In this document: one piece after another, positions 16,986-26,511 of the stretch
How positions within the stretch are numbered: the stretch's first letter is position 1
Layout of the letters: every line of letters starts with the position of its first letter
NCBI RefSeq assembly: GCF_000013905.1
Contig: NC_007969.1
Span: 1,140,001-1,172,000, forward strand
DNA from: Psychrobacter cryohalolentis K5
Lineage (GTDB): Bacteria > Pseudomonadota > Gammaproteobacteria > Pseudomonadales > Moraxellaceae
Length of the DNA stretch: 32,000 nt
Direction of reading: 5' to 3'
Notes under the pieces: generated by a model
Database searches by the model: none
What the model was told of the DNA's origin: nothing
What the model saw: only the letters and a program-made list of their open reading frames with translations
Made by a program: the position numbers and the translations under genes

Positions 16986-17639
16986 CTATTGTGGCATGTC
17001 CGCTAATTGCTGCAAAATACTTTTGAAGTTCTCGACCCCTTGAGCACCGCTAACCAGATGCTTTTGGTTAAAGATAACAGAAGGTACGCTTTGAATACTT
17101 TGCTGTCTCCACTGTTGCTGAGCACGGCGGACGTCTTCAGCAAAGCGCTCGTCTGCTAATACCGCTAGCGCCTCACTACGATCTAAACCAATCTCTGCCA
17201 CGATATCGGCTAAGACTTCTTTGTTAGAAATATCTCTAGCGTGAGTAAAGTGAGCCGCGAACAAGGCTTGCTTTAAATCATGCGCGTACCCTTGCTGATC
17301 GGCCCAGTGCAGTAGTTGATGCATAGCAAAGGTATTATAAGTGCGACTCTCTTCAGTAAAGTTAAATGCAAAGCCAACCTCACGACCAGCCTCAGTCATT
17401 TTAGCGCGGCTGGCATCAGATTCTTCTCGACTTGAGCCGTATTTCTTAGCGATATGCTCACGATAGTTTCGTCCTTCGTGCGGCGTATCAGGATTAAGCT
17501 CAAACGGATGCCAATGAATCTCGTACTCAGTATTGGTTTTTTTGAGTGCTTCGGCCAACTGTCCATAGCCTATAGCGCACCAAGGGCAAACCACGTCCGA
17601 TACAATATCGATGCGCAGTGGGGCTATTATACTCATCAC
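16986..17639 (-). CDS. DsbA/FrnE-family thiol:disulfide oxidoreductase
   Basis: The thioredoxin-fold active site DVVCPWCAIG lies near the N-terminus. The 217-aa length is typical of cytoplasmic FrnE-like DsbA proteins, and there is no signal peptide. Confidence 0.8.
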   Translation of the reverse strand: MMSIIAPLRIDIVSDVVCPWCAIGYGQLAEALKKTNTEYEIHWHPFELNPDTPHEGRNYREHIAKKYGSSREESDASRAKMTEAGREVGFAFNFTEESRTYNTFAMHQLLHWADQQGYAHDLKQALFAAHFTHARDISNKEVLADIVAEIGLDRSEALAVLADERFAEDVRRAQQQWRQQSIQSVPSVIFNQKHLVSGAQGVENFKSILQQLADMPQ

Positions 17640-17690
17640 AATATCTCCTTCGATTTTATACGAAATTCTTTGCTCAACTAGTCTGTGCTG

Positions 17691-18245
17691 TTAGTCTGCT
17701 TTGTGCCATTCAAATTTTTGAAAAGGCTTATCGATTGGTGTATTAGCGAGATGGTTGGTGTAGTTACTCATTACTTTCTGTGCTGTTGCTAATACCACTT
17801 CTAGCACTTGACGCTTAGTAAATCCTGCGTCCAAAAACGTTTGTACAGTGTCATCATTGACGTTGCCACGATCACGAACCACAGATAGAGTAAAGTCACG
17901 TAAAGCTTCTAGTTTTGCAGTTGGTAGTGGCGTCTCGTCACGTAATGCATCAGTGATAGCATCATCGACTTTCATGCTTTTGGCAATACCAGTATGAGCT
18001 GGCACACAATAATGACATTCATGCTCGACGTTGATGGTTTGCCATACTACCGTAGTCTCTTCGTCATCAAAGCTGCTGTCTAAGAACAGTTGATGTAGAC
18101 GTTGGTAGCCTTCAAGCAATCCAGGCGCTTCAGCCATTACGGCATGTAAGTTTGGAACCATACCAAATGCATTGATTGAGACATCAAGTAATGCTGTGCT
18201 TTCTGCTGGCGCGCTTTGTTTGTCATGTAATGTAAAGTCAGTCAT
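17691..18245 (-). CDS. Carboxymuconolactone decarboxylase/AhpD-like family protein (peroxidase-related)
   Basis: The AhpD-type CxxC motif EHECHYCVPAH is present. The ORF is 184 aa and lies 51 nt upstream of the DsbA-like gene on the same strand. Confidence 0.75.
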   Translation of the reverse strand: MTDFTLHDKQSAPAESTALLDVSINAFGMVPNLHAVMAEAPGLLEGYQRLHQLFLDSSFDDEETTVVWQTINVEHECHYCVPAHTGIAKSMKVDDAITDALRDETPLPTAKLEALRDFTLSVVRDRGNVNDDTVQTFLDAGFTKRQVLEVVLATAQKVMSNYTNHLANTPIDKPFQKFEWHKAD

Positions 18246-18394
18246 ATATAATTCCTATTTGGTATTAGTAACAGTATTAAAATTTTATTCAATCATTCAG
18301 GTTGAAAAACAATGATGATATGTGATTAAAGTTAAAACTTATTATCGTAAAGGTATTACCTTCTACTTGATAACTGACACCACTATAAATGATT

Positions 18395-18433
18395 TTGAGC
18401 AATCACTCAAATATAAATTGAATGATTGCTCAA
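18395..18433. promoter_or_regulatory. Second pair of the same 16-bp operators (TTGAGCAATCACTCAA and TTGAATGATTGCTCAA), start-to-start 23 bp
   Basis: The pair lies upstream of the AhpD-like/DsbA-like gene pair. The consensus with 16093-16131 is TTGAGYAATCAYTCAA. Confidence 0.6.
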
Positions 18434-18519
18434 ATATTTGTAACGCTGGTTAACAATTAAAGGTTTTGCTAGCAATTAATAGTCCATATTACCCGTTTAG
18501 TGATGGTTAGATGCTGCAT

Positions 18520-19338
18520 TTATTTTTGATTGGATTGATTTATAGAAGGTTTATTTTTAAAAGGCATGAGCAACAATCCCCATAGCGAGGCATTTTGCTT
18601 GGCATCGGGATACTCTTTTAAACCAATATCTAATGCTTGATCAGGTTTGAATCCTTGGCTTTTATAACTACCAAAAAGCCAATCCCACCAAGTCACACTA
18701 AAGCCATAATTGGAGTTGGTCTCACTGGCCCGTTGGCTGTGATGAATACGGTGTAAGACTTGCGTGACTAGAATCATGCGTAAAGGCTTCTCAATCACTG
18801 GTGGCAGACGAATATTGGCATGATTAAACATAGCCAACCCATTTAAGGCAATCTCGAATATAAGTACCACGATAGCAGGGACACCAAGCACACTAATGAC
18901 AACAAGCTTAAGCAATATGCTTAAGACAATTTCGATAGGATGAAATCTAAGCCCAGTGCTGGCATCGATATGCGAATCAGCGTGATGGACACGGTGCAAG
19001 CGCCAGAGAATCGGCACTCGATGAAATAAACGATGCTGCCAGTAGATAACCATATCAAGCAACAATAAGCTTAAAATAATAGCCGCGATATTCGGTATCT
19101 CAATTAAATTAAATAAACCGATACCGTTTTCTTGATTATAAATGGCGACCGTTGTCAGCCCAATGGGGACTGCCAAACGCGCAACAAAAGAAGAGGCAAA
19201 TACCAATCCAAGATTAGCAAACCAACGTGTGCTACTCTTAATTGGTGATTGACGTGCGGGATGCCTATGCTCAATGAGCATCATAATGACCAATATGCTA
19301 AAGAAAAAGCCCAAACGCCACCACATCTCATTCGCCAT
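18520..19338 (-). CDS. Fatty-acid hydroxylase / sterol desaturase-family membrane di-iron enzyme
   Basis: Histidine boxes HRLFH, HRVHH and HRIHH are present with multiple TM segments. The preferred start is ATG 19338, with AGGAGG 7 nt upstream. The ORF-track start 19404 would overlap the upstream gene by 77 nt. Confidence 0.8.
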   Translation of the reverse strand: MANEMWWRLGFFFSILVIMMLIEHRHPARQSPIKSSTRWFANLGLVFASSFVARLAVPIGLTTVAIYNQENGIGLFNLIEIPNIAAIILSLLLLDMVIYWQHRLFHRVPILWRLHRVHHADSHIDASTGLRFHPIEIVLSILLKLVVISVLGVPAIVVLIFEIALNGLAMFNHANIRLPPVIEKPLRMILVTQVLHRIHHSQRASETNSNYGFSVTWWDWLFGSYKSQGFKPDQALDIGLKEYPDAKQNASLWGLLLMPFKNKPSINQSNQK

Positions 19339-19987
19339 TACTGACCTCCTTAATGGGCTTATGTATATCGGTTTCGAGCCGTTTAAGCGTATGATAACCG
19401 CCATATATACGAGTCATAATAGTAACCGCACAGGCCGCTGCAAAAATACTTGCTAATACCACAAAGTGCTGTGGCCAAATACAAAAGGCGATAAATAAAA
19501 CAATGGTTTCAGTACCCTCAGTGAGACCATTTAGATAATAAAAGCTCTTATATTTAAATTGCGGCTTATCTAATTGGAATTTTTCAGCTGCAATAGCAAA
19601 GGCCAAAAAGCTAGAGCCAGTGCCAATAAAGGCGGCTAATAACAATGCGCCTACAATAGCGTTTTGCTCGGGATTAACCAATACAAAGCCGAGTGGCACC
19701 GCTGCATAGAATAAAAAATCTAGGGTAATGTCTAAATAGCCGCCCGCACTTGAGCTTTGGCCAGCATAACGTGCCAGTGCACCATCTAATCCATCAAAAA
19801 CACGGTTCAATATAATAGCAATTAGTGCTGCATTCCACAGCTCAAAAGCAATCAATGGCAACGCCAACATACCAATGAGAAAACCAGTGACAGTCAACTG
19901 ATTTGCGGTAATACCACCCTTATAAAATAGTACGACCAATGGCTCTAATAGAGGCTTGATGATGGGGGTAATAAACTTATCGAGCAT
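19328..19987 (-). CDS. CDP-alcohol phosphatidyltransferase-family membrane protein (YnjF-like)
   Basis: The motif DGLDGALAR-x-GGYLDITLD corresponds to D-G-x2-A-R...G-x3-D-x3-D. The protein is polytopic and 219 aa. Confidence 0.8.
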   Translation of the reverse strand: MLDKFITPIIKPLLEPLVVLFYKGGITANQLTVTGFLIGMLALPLIAFELWNAALIAIILNRVFDGLDGALARYAGQSSSAGGYLDITLDFLFYAAVPLGFVLVNPEQNAIVGALLLAAFIGTGSSFLAFAIAAEKFQLDKPQFKYKSFYYLNGLTEGTETIVLFIAFCIWPQHFVVLASIFAAACAVTIMTRIYGGYHTLKRLETDIHKPIKEVSNGE

Positions 19988-20120
19988 ATTTTTGCCTTTT
20001 GTATCGTCATTCTTTTAGAAGCAAGCAGTCGCACTTTTTATACTGGTTTCTAAGTATTGTTTATCAAGCTTTTTATTTTATCAAAAGCTAAAGGCTGTTT
20101 ATCAGACAAACAATTTCTTA

Positions 20121-20747
20121 TCAAAGGCGAATGATTTTGCCGTTTGCTGCTTCAGCATCGCTATGGTCGTGGGTAACCATGATGGTAGGTAACTTATGCT
20201 GACGGATTTGACTGAATACCAATTGTTGGGTTTCCGCTCTAAGCTGACTATCAAGTTTGCTAAAAGGTTCGTCCAATAATATCGCTTTAGGTTCGCTTAA
20301 CAGAGTACGCAGCAGCGCAACACGGGCTTGCTGACCCCCAGACAAACTATCGGGATGTCGATTTTCCATACCTGCCAAACCCACTTGATCAAGTGCGTCT
20401 GCTATTTGTTCAAAGTGCTGCTCTTTATTGCCCTTAGGCATTGCAAAAGCAATATTTCCTGCAACCGATAAATGCGAGAATAACAGCGCATCTTGATACA
20501 AAATGCCGATATGGCGTAAATGCGCGGGCAGGTGACTGATGTTTTGACCATGTAGCCAAACCTCACCCGTGGCACTCAAGCCGCTCGGCAAGGTGCCAGT
20601 CATCCAATTTAACAAACTTGACTTGCCACTACCAGATGGACCCATGATAGTGAGAATGTCACCACCTTCAATCTGTTCATCTAACTGAAGGAGCAATTTA
20701 TCTTCTCGAAAGAGCTGTAGATTTTTTATCTCTAAAGATGATTGCAT
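20121..20747 (-). CDS. ABC transporter ATP-binding protein (YnjD-like)
   Basis: It carries Walker A GPSGSGKS, signature LSGGQQ, Walker B ILLDEP and the H-loop VTHD. The ORF is 208 aa. Confidence 0.85.
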   Translation of the reverse strand: MQSSLEIKNLQLFREDKLLLQLDEQIEGGDILTIMGPSGSGKSSLLNWMTGTLPSGLSATGEVWLHGQNISHLPAHLRHIGILYQDALLFSHLSVAGNIAFAMPKGNKEQHFEQIADALDQVGLAGMENRHPDSLSGGQQARVALLRTLLSEPKAILLDEPFSKLDSQLRAETQQLVFSQIRQHKLPTIMVTHDHSDAEAANGKIIRL

Positions 20748-20860
20748 TAAAGAGCCTTTATGTAGTCAATTAAAAATATAGCCAGTTAAAAAAATCTTCA
20801 GTTCAAAATAAAAGAGACACAGATAAATGAAGTTTAAAAATTTTTTTATGATTGAACATT

Positions 20861-22687
20861 CTAACGCACGCCACTTCTGAAAAAATACTTCGGTAGCAGC
20901 CATGCCACCATAAAGCCAATCAGTGGTAACCCCATTTGTATAATGGCATATACGGCGCTGGTACGGCGGCTGGCACCATTAGCAAGCGTCACCGCTTCGG
21001 TCGTAATGGTAGCAATACGTCCGCCGCCCGTGAGTAACGTTGGCAGATATTGACCAAAACTCACCGCCAATCCTAGTGCCATTGCGATGAGTAGCGGTGC
21101 AAATAACTGCGGTAACTTAACTTGGAAGAATACTCTCATAGGCGGCGCTCCAAGACTGGCTGCTACAGTGGCAAAGCGCTTATCTAACCTTCTATAGCTG
21201 CTGGCAAGGGATAAAAATACATAGGGCAGTACAAATAAGAAGTGGGTAAAAGCGACGTTAAAAAATGCCGCTTGGTTATGGACAAGTTGCTGTAACCACA
21301 CCAAGCCAAATAAGAAAGCAATGCTCGGCACCAGAAGTGGCAGGTAAATAATCAAGCTGGTAAAATTTGAGATGGGTTTATTGCTTAACTGCTCTGCCTC
21401 TAAGCACAGTACCGTTATGGCAATAGCAAAAAGGGTGGAGACGATACCAAGGGCAAGGGTGTTAAATAATGGTGTGCTTATTTGCATCAAGGCGCTTTGA
21501 AAGTGTAATAGTACGAGCTGCTCTGGCAGGGCGGCAGGGAAGCGCCAATAGCCAGCTAAAGACCACATCAGCAGACCAATGAGCGAGAGGGCGATAAACC
21601 CTATGATGAATACTGTGGCGCTTGCAGTGAGTTTCTGCCAAATAACATCCTTATACTGGCGTTTTCCATTAACCAATGCGTCACTGCATAGCGCTTTGAC
21701 CATACGCTCACCGCCCAGCCATAATGCAATTAAGCTGCCTGTCAGTAGTAGCTGTAATATTGCCCCAGCCGAGGCTTTGATACGTAAGTTCAAATCAACA
21801 TCATTGAACCACTGCATGATAGTGACAGCAAGCGTGGGTGGGGTATTGGGTCCTAAAATTAATGGCATCTCAACACTGGCACTGGCGTAAGCGAGGACTG
21901 CCAATATAGGCAAACGCAAGAAGGGGTACAAAATAGGAAATACTGCTTTAAAAAAGGCAGTAATGGGATAGTAGCCTAAGTTTAGGGCAACTTGATATTG
22001 TTGGCGCAGCTTCTTACCAAGCTCAGGCTGTGCGAATACGCCAAGTGCCATTAACAATAGAAAAGGCAGCTCTTTGAGTACTAGACCTAAGATGATACTA
22101 ATGCCATAAGGGTCATGCGGTAGTATCCCCTGTGGTGCCAGCTCCCAATCACTGAGCCATGGCGATATCATTCGTGCCATCATGCCAGAGGGTACAATCA
22201 AAAACCCAACGGCAATCGCCGCTGCGGCATGCGGGATCACTAAAATAGGGCTAAGCAAACGTTCAATACGTGTGAGCCAAGGACTATTAAAAAACGTCGC
22301 CAATATCATAATCGCTATGACAAAGGCGAGTAGGGTGCTGAGAAATCCGGTCGCCACACTAAGCGCAACCATTTGCTCAAGCCCCAGTGTTTGACCCAGC
22401 GCTTTAAATCCTTGTAGACCAAAGGTCGTTGTTTCTAGAGCAGGCACCCAGCCAAACGCTGGCAGGATGACGCTTATCAAACCTCCTAATACAGGCAAAA
22501 TAAGGAGTATTAGTAAAAGACTGGGGCTTAGGGTCACTAAACGAGTAAAAAGGTCAGTTTTACAAGTCGCGGCTATTTGATGGCTTAAATTAGAATGAAT
22601 GATAGCAGCATTAAGAGTATCAGTATTCACGCCATTAATATTGTTGTTATCAGTATTAACCTTGCTTTTATGAACGGATTTTTTCAT
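20861..22687 (-). CDS. ABC transporter permease with duplicated transmembrane domains (YnjC-like)
   Basis: The 608-aa protein is highly hydrophobic with ~12 predicted helices in two halves. Its start overlaps the stop of the binding-protein gene (ATGA). Confidence 0.8.
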   Translation of the reverse strand: MKKSVHKSKVNTDNNNINGVNTDTLNAAIIHSNLSHQIAATCKTDLFTRLVTLSPSLLLILLILPVLGGLISVILPAFGWVPALETTTFGLQGFKALGQTLGLEQMVALSVATGFLSTLLAFVIAIMILATFFNSPWLTRIERLLSPILVIPHAAAAIAVGFLIVPSGMMARMISPWLSDWELAPQGILPHDPYGISIILGLVLKELPFLLLMALGVFAQPELGKKLRQQYQVALNLGYYPITAFFKAVFPILYPFLRLPILAVLAYASASVEMPLILGPNTPPTLAVTIMQWFNDVDLNLRIKASAGAILQLLLTGSLIALWLGGERMVKALCSDALVNGKRQYKDVIWQKLTASATVFIIGFIALSLIGLLMWSLAGYWRFPAALPEQLVLLHFQSALMQISTPLFNTLALGIVSTLFAIAITVLCLEAEQLSNKPISNFTSLIIYLPLLVPSIAFLFGLVWLQQLVHNQAAFFNVAFTHFLFVLPYVFLSLASSYRRLDKRFATVAASLGAPPMRVFFQVKLPQLFAPLLIAMALGLAVSFGQYLPTLLTGGGRIATITTEAVTLANGASRRTSAVYAIIQMGLPLIGFMVAWLLPKYFFRSGVR

Positions 22688-23991
22688 TCGCTAACCCCGT
22701 AGCGTGCTTGCCAACCTTGCATAATGGCGTCAACCCAGCTGGGGTGTGGTTCACTGACGGTTCGTTTGATAGCATCAAAAGGTAGGGCGCTTGCATGCGG
22801 TTTATTGGCTTTAAAGAGTGCTTGCTGCTCGGCGCTCAGTGTCGATTGAACCAGCACGGTTTTATCTCCCCAGACAGCTGGGTTTTGTTTATGCGCCTGT
22901 GCGTCTGGGCTTAATAAAAAGTTTGCCACCAATTGTGCTGCGGCTGCATGGCTTGCGTTATAAGGAATAGCAACGAAGTGAGTATTGCTCAAACTGCCAT
23001 CTGTCATGGCATAACTGCGAATACTGGGCGGCAAATCATAGCGCTGAACGGCAGCTGGTATTTCGGGTCCTGAAAAGGTAAAGGCCAAGCTTAGCTCCGT
23101 ATCATCTACCAAACGGCGCATTTGTGCGCCGCTTTGCAGGAATTGCTCACCTTTTCGCCATAGCATGGGATGCAGCTCATCCAAAAAGTCCCACAGCGGA
23201 TTGAGTATCAAATCTTTGTTTTGTGCATTTACCGGCTGGTTAAGCTCTGCTCTGAGAGTGGTTCCATTCTTACTATCGTTTTGCTCATGCAGCATGACCA
23301 AAGCATACTTCAAAAAACTCATACCCAAAAAATCAGGCGGCTTTGGGTAGCCAAAACGTCCGGGGTTCTGCTGTGCCCAAGCGCTTAATTGCTGCAAGGT
23401 AGCAGGCGGTTTATCTATCGCTAAGTTATCATAATAAAAAGTCAGTGATGCTTGTCCCCATGGCGCTTCCATACCGTCAGTAGGTAAACCAAAATCAAGC
23501 GTGACAGAGGGGTTGTTATCAGGATCAGTCAGCGCAAAGTTTGGCAGAGTAGATGCCCAGTCCTTTAATAGTAATTTATTCTCACTCATAGCGGCAAAGT
23601 TCGCACCGTTGATCCAAATTAAATCAACGCTACCTTTTTTATTATTATTGGCAGATTTTTCTGCAAGGACACGGCTGACAGCTTCACTGGTGTCGCTTAA
23701 TTTGACATGAACCAAGTTAATATTATATTTTTTATCGACCGCTTTTGCAGTCCACTGAATATAGGCATTAATTTGCGGATCCCCGCCCCAGGTATGAAAG
23801 TAAACATCCTGATTTTCACCAGCTTGTACTGTCTGCTGCCACTGCGAGGTATCTTTATTATCCATAGCAGTGGGAGTCGAAGCGGTACTTGCAGAGATGC
23901 CAACACATATACCAAGCACTATGATAAAGGCGCTATAGCGGCTCAGTTTTTTTGGTATTGTAAAGGCTGCTGGCAAGCTAGGAGGTTGCAT
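22684..23991 (-). CDS. ABC transporter periplasmic substrate-binding protein (YnjB-like)
   Basis: The 435-aa ORF has an N-terminal signal-like hydrophobic segment (YSAFIIVLGICVGISAS). Its operon position is ahead of the permease and ATPase. Confidence 0.75.
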   Translation of the reverse strand: MQPPSLPAAFTIPKKLSRYSAFIIVLGICVGISASTASTPTAMDNKDTSQWQQTVQAGENQDVYFHTWGGDPQINAYIQWTAKAVDKKYNINLVHVKLSDTSEAVSRVLAEKSANNNKKGSVDLIWINGANFAAMSENKLLLKDWASTLPNFALTDPDNNPSVTLDFGLPTDGMEAPWGQASLTFYYDNLAIDKPPATLQQLSAWAQQNPGRFGYPKPPDFLGMSFLKYALVMLHEQNDSKNGTTLRAELNQPVNAQNKDLILNPLWDFLDELHPMLWRKGEQFLQSGAQMRRLVDDTELSLAFTFSGPEIPAAVQRYDLPPSIRSYAMTDGSLSNTHFVAIPYNASHAAAAQLVANFLLSPDAQAHKQNPAVWGDKTVLVQSTLSAEQQALFKANKPHASALPFDAIKRTVSEPHPSWVDAIMQGWQARYGVSE

Positions 23992-23994
23992 GAA

Positions 23995-26163
23995 TTAACC
24001 TCGACGCCAAGTATGATACTTCTCAAGCAACTGTAGCGCTTTTTTAGGCGCATGATTGCGTTTCCATTCGCCAGCTGCATACTTATTGCCTTCCGCCCAT
24101 GTTGGATAGATATGAATGGTACCCAGTATTTTATTCAGCCCTAGATTGTGTTTCATGGCCAATACAAACTCAGCCATCAAGTCGCCGGCATGTTCAGCGA
24201 CGATGGTCACACCCAATATTTTATCTTTGCCCTTTGGGGTAATGACCTTGATAAAGCCATGATTGGCGCTTTCGGTTACCGCCCGATCTAAGTCTTTAAA
24301 GTCATAACGTGTGATTTCAAAATCGATGCCTTTATCAATCGCTTCTTGCTCATTTAAGCCCACTCGTGCTACTTCTGGGTCAATAAACGTCGTCCATGGA
24401 ATCACCCGATAATCTACTTTGAATTTTTTAAGATGACCAAATAAGCCATTGACCGCAGCGTACCATGCTTGATGGGCAGCCACATGGGTGAATTGATAGG
24501 GACCTACGACATCACCTGCCGCATAGATATTGGGGTAAAGCGTTTCAAGATACTCATCTGTACTGATGGTACGCTCAGTATCGATGCCCAAGGTGTCAAG
24601 CCCGTAACCTTCTAAGCGCGCACTACGACCGACTGCACAAATCAACTCGTCATACTCAATGGCAGTTTCTTGTTGATCATCAGTGCTGCCTTTTGGTGCA
24701 ACGATAATATGTTTTTTGCCATCACGAGTTTCACAGCGAATTGCTTGCTGTGAGGTTAGGATAGTAACGCCACTCTCAGTCAGTGCTTCTTGCGCAAATA
24801 CAGAAACCTCGACATCCTCTTTTTTCATCAGTCGCGTGCCTCTTTCGATTTGGGTCACAGCAGAACCTAAACGAGCAAAGGCTTGTGCCAGCTCACAGCC
24901 AATGGGTCCGCCGCCAAGTACGACCAGCTTGCTCGGCGCTTTATCAAGTTTTGCAAACTTATCCCAGAGAGTATCGCTTGTCACATAACCTGTCTCATCT
25001 AAACCCGGTAGATCTGGGACAAAGGGACGTGCGCCCGTCGCGATAACGATAGAGCGCGCGGTTAATGTCTGAGTGCTACCATCATTGAGGGCAATCTCAA
25101 CCGTCCATGGATCAATGAGCTTTGCATAGCCTTTCAATACCTCGACACCCAAATCTGTATAACGCTCAACACTGTCATTTGGGGCGATATCAGCAATGAC
25201 TTTATGAATGCGAGACATGATGTTCTTGAATGCAAAATCCGGTTGGCTATTATTGAGTCCATAACGTTCGCCATGGCGTATCTGTTCGACTACTTTTGCA
25301 CTTTTTATCAGCGCTTTACTGGGGACGCAGCCATAGTTTAAGCAGTCGCCGCCCATCTCACCTGCCTCAATCAAGGTGACTTTTGCTTTGACGGTCGCAG
25401 CAATATAGCTGGTAACAAGTCCGCCAGCACCAGCACCAATCACAATCATATTCCGGTCGAATTTTTTTGGTTTATTATAGTTCTTATAGACACGGCGTTT
25501 TTTTAGTATCGTTAATATGCCTTTCGCTATTAGCGGAAATAATCCTAATAATGCAAATGAAGCCAGAAGATTAAAAGACAAAATGCCAGATAACTGCTCG
25601 ATTTGTGCCAATTGCGTACCAGCATTCACAAATACAAAAGTGCCGGCAAGCATACCGATTTGGCTGACCCAATAAAAGGTCCTTGCTTTGATAGCAGTCA
25701 GACCCATCAATAAGTTGATAAGGAAAAAGGGGAATATCGGTACCAAACGTAACGTAAATAAATAAAATCCGCCTTCTTTTTTTACCCCAGCATCGATGGA
25801 AGCAAGACGGTCAGGAAAACGCTGTTTAATGGTATCGCGTAACAAATAACGCGAAGTCAAAAAGGCGAGGGTGGCACCGATACTGGAGGCAAATGAGGCG
25901 ACCAATACACCTTGTACTAAACCAAATAAAGCACCGGCTGCCAAAGTTAAAATAGCGGCGCCGGGTAAAGATAATGCGGTAACTAAGATGTAGACCAAAA
26001 AAAAGCCGCCGATGACTAACCATGGCGACTGTGTTTTGTATTGCTCAAACTGATCCATCGAGCCTTTTAAGCCCTCAAGTGTTAATAATTCATTGAGGTC
26101 AAAATAAAAAAAGCCAATGACGCCAATCAAGACCGCGAATATCAAAACTATTTTTTTAATCAT
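23995..26163 (-). CDS. Fusion protein: DedA/TVP38-type (VTT-domain) membrane module plus a class I pyridine-nucleotide-disulfide (FAD) oxidoreductase
   Basis: The N-terminal ~230 aa are polytopic (…LVPIFPFFLINLLMG…). They are followed by IVIGAGAGGLV (dinucleotide fold), the redox-active GGDCLNYGCVPSKAL (Cys codons within 25327-25344) and a C-terminal dimerisation-type region. Confidence 0.8.
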   Translation of the reverse strand: MIKKIVLIFAVLIGVIGFFYFDLNELLTLEGLKGSMDQFEQYKTQSPWLVIGGFFLVYILVTALSLPGAAILTLAAGALFGLVQGVLVASFASSIGATLAFLTSRYLLRDTIKQRFPDRLASIDAGVKKEGGFYLFTLRLVPIFPFFLINLLMGLTAIKARTFYWVSQIGMLAGTFVFVNAGTQLAQIEQLSGILSFNLLASFALLGLFPLIAKGILTILKKRRVYKNYNKPKKFDRNMIVIGAGAGGLVTSYIAATVKAKVTLIEAGEMGGDCLNYGCVPSKALIKSAKVVEQIRHGERYGLNNSQPDFAFKNIMSRIHKVIADIAPNDSVERYTDLGVEVLKGYAKLIDPWTVEIALNDGSTQTLTARSIVIATGARPFVPDLPGLDETGYVTSDTLWDKFAKLDKAPSKLVVLGGGPIGCELAQAFARLGSAVTQIERGTRLMKKEDVEVSVFAQEALTESGVTILTSQQAIRCETRDGKKHIIVAPKGSTDDQQETAIEYDELICAVGRSARLEGYGLDTLGIDTERTISTDEYLETLYPNIYAAGDVVGPYQFTHVAAHQAWYAAVNGLFGHLKKFKVDYRVIPWTTFIDPEVARVGLNEQEAIDKGIDFEITRYDFKDLDRAVTESANHGFIKVITPKGKDKILGVTIVAEHAGDLMAEFVLAMKHNLGLNKILGTIHIYPTWAEGNKYAAGEWKRNHAPKKALQLLEKYHTWRRG

Positions 26164-26438
26164 GGATTATCCAGATAAATAATATAAAACATCATGTAAT
26201 AAAGAATCACTTAGCAAAGAATAACGCTGTATTCCTACTATAAGCTAGTTTTTCATATAGTTATATTATAAATGACTGTTCAAAATCTAGTCATAGATAT
26301 ACGTAAAATATGACATTTATCCATTGTAATCGTTATTGAGCGATTGTTCAAATATAATATTGTGGATGGCTTGAGACAAATTTTAAAGTGATATAGAAGA
26401 AAGCAGTGATAATCTTCCTCTGCTTATATCAGTATTAT

Positions 26439-26471
26439 AAAAAACCGCCAAATACACTCATTATTTGGCGG
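26439..26471 (-). terminator. Intrinsic terminator after the bhc-like operon
   Basis: The minus strand reads CCGCCAAATA-ATGAGTG-TATTTGGCGG followed by TTTTTT. Confidence 0.75.
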
Positions 26472-26511
26472 CTCTACAATACAATCTCTAGGCTGCTCAT
26501 TATAACAATAG

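Noticed and set aside
21579-24036. Plus-strand ORFs 21579-21890, 22182-22394, 23165-23388, 23501-23710 and 23707-24036, and minus-strand alternate-frame ORF 23697-23915
   Set aside because: They are antisense or alternate-frame to the ABC permease and binding-protein genes, which have coherent transporter features. They also cross gene boundaries.
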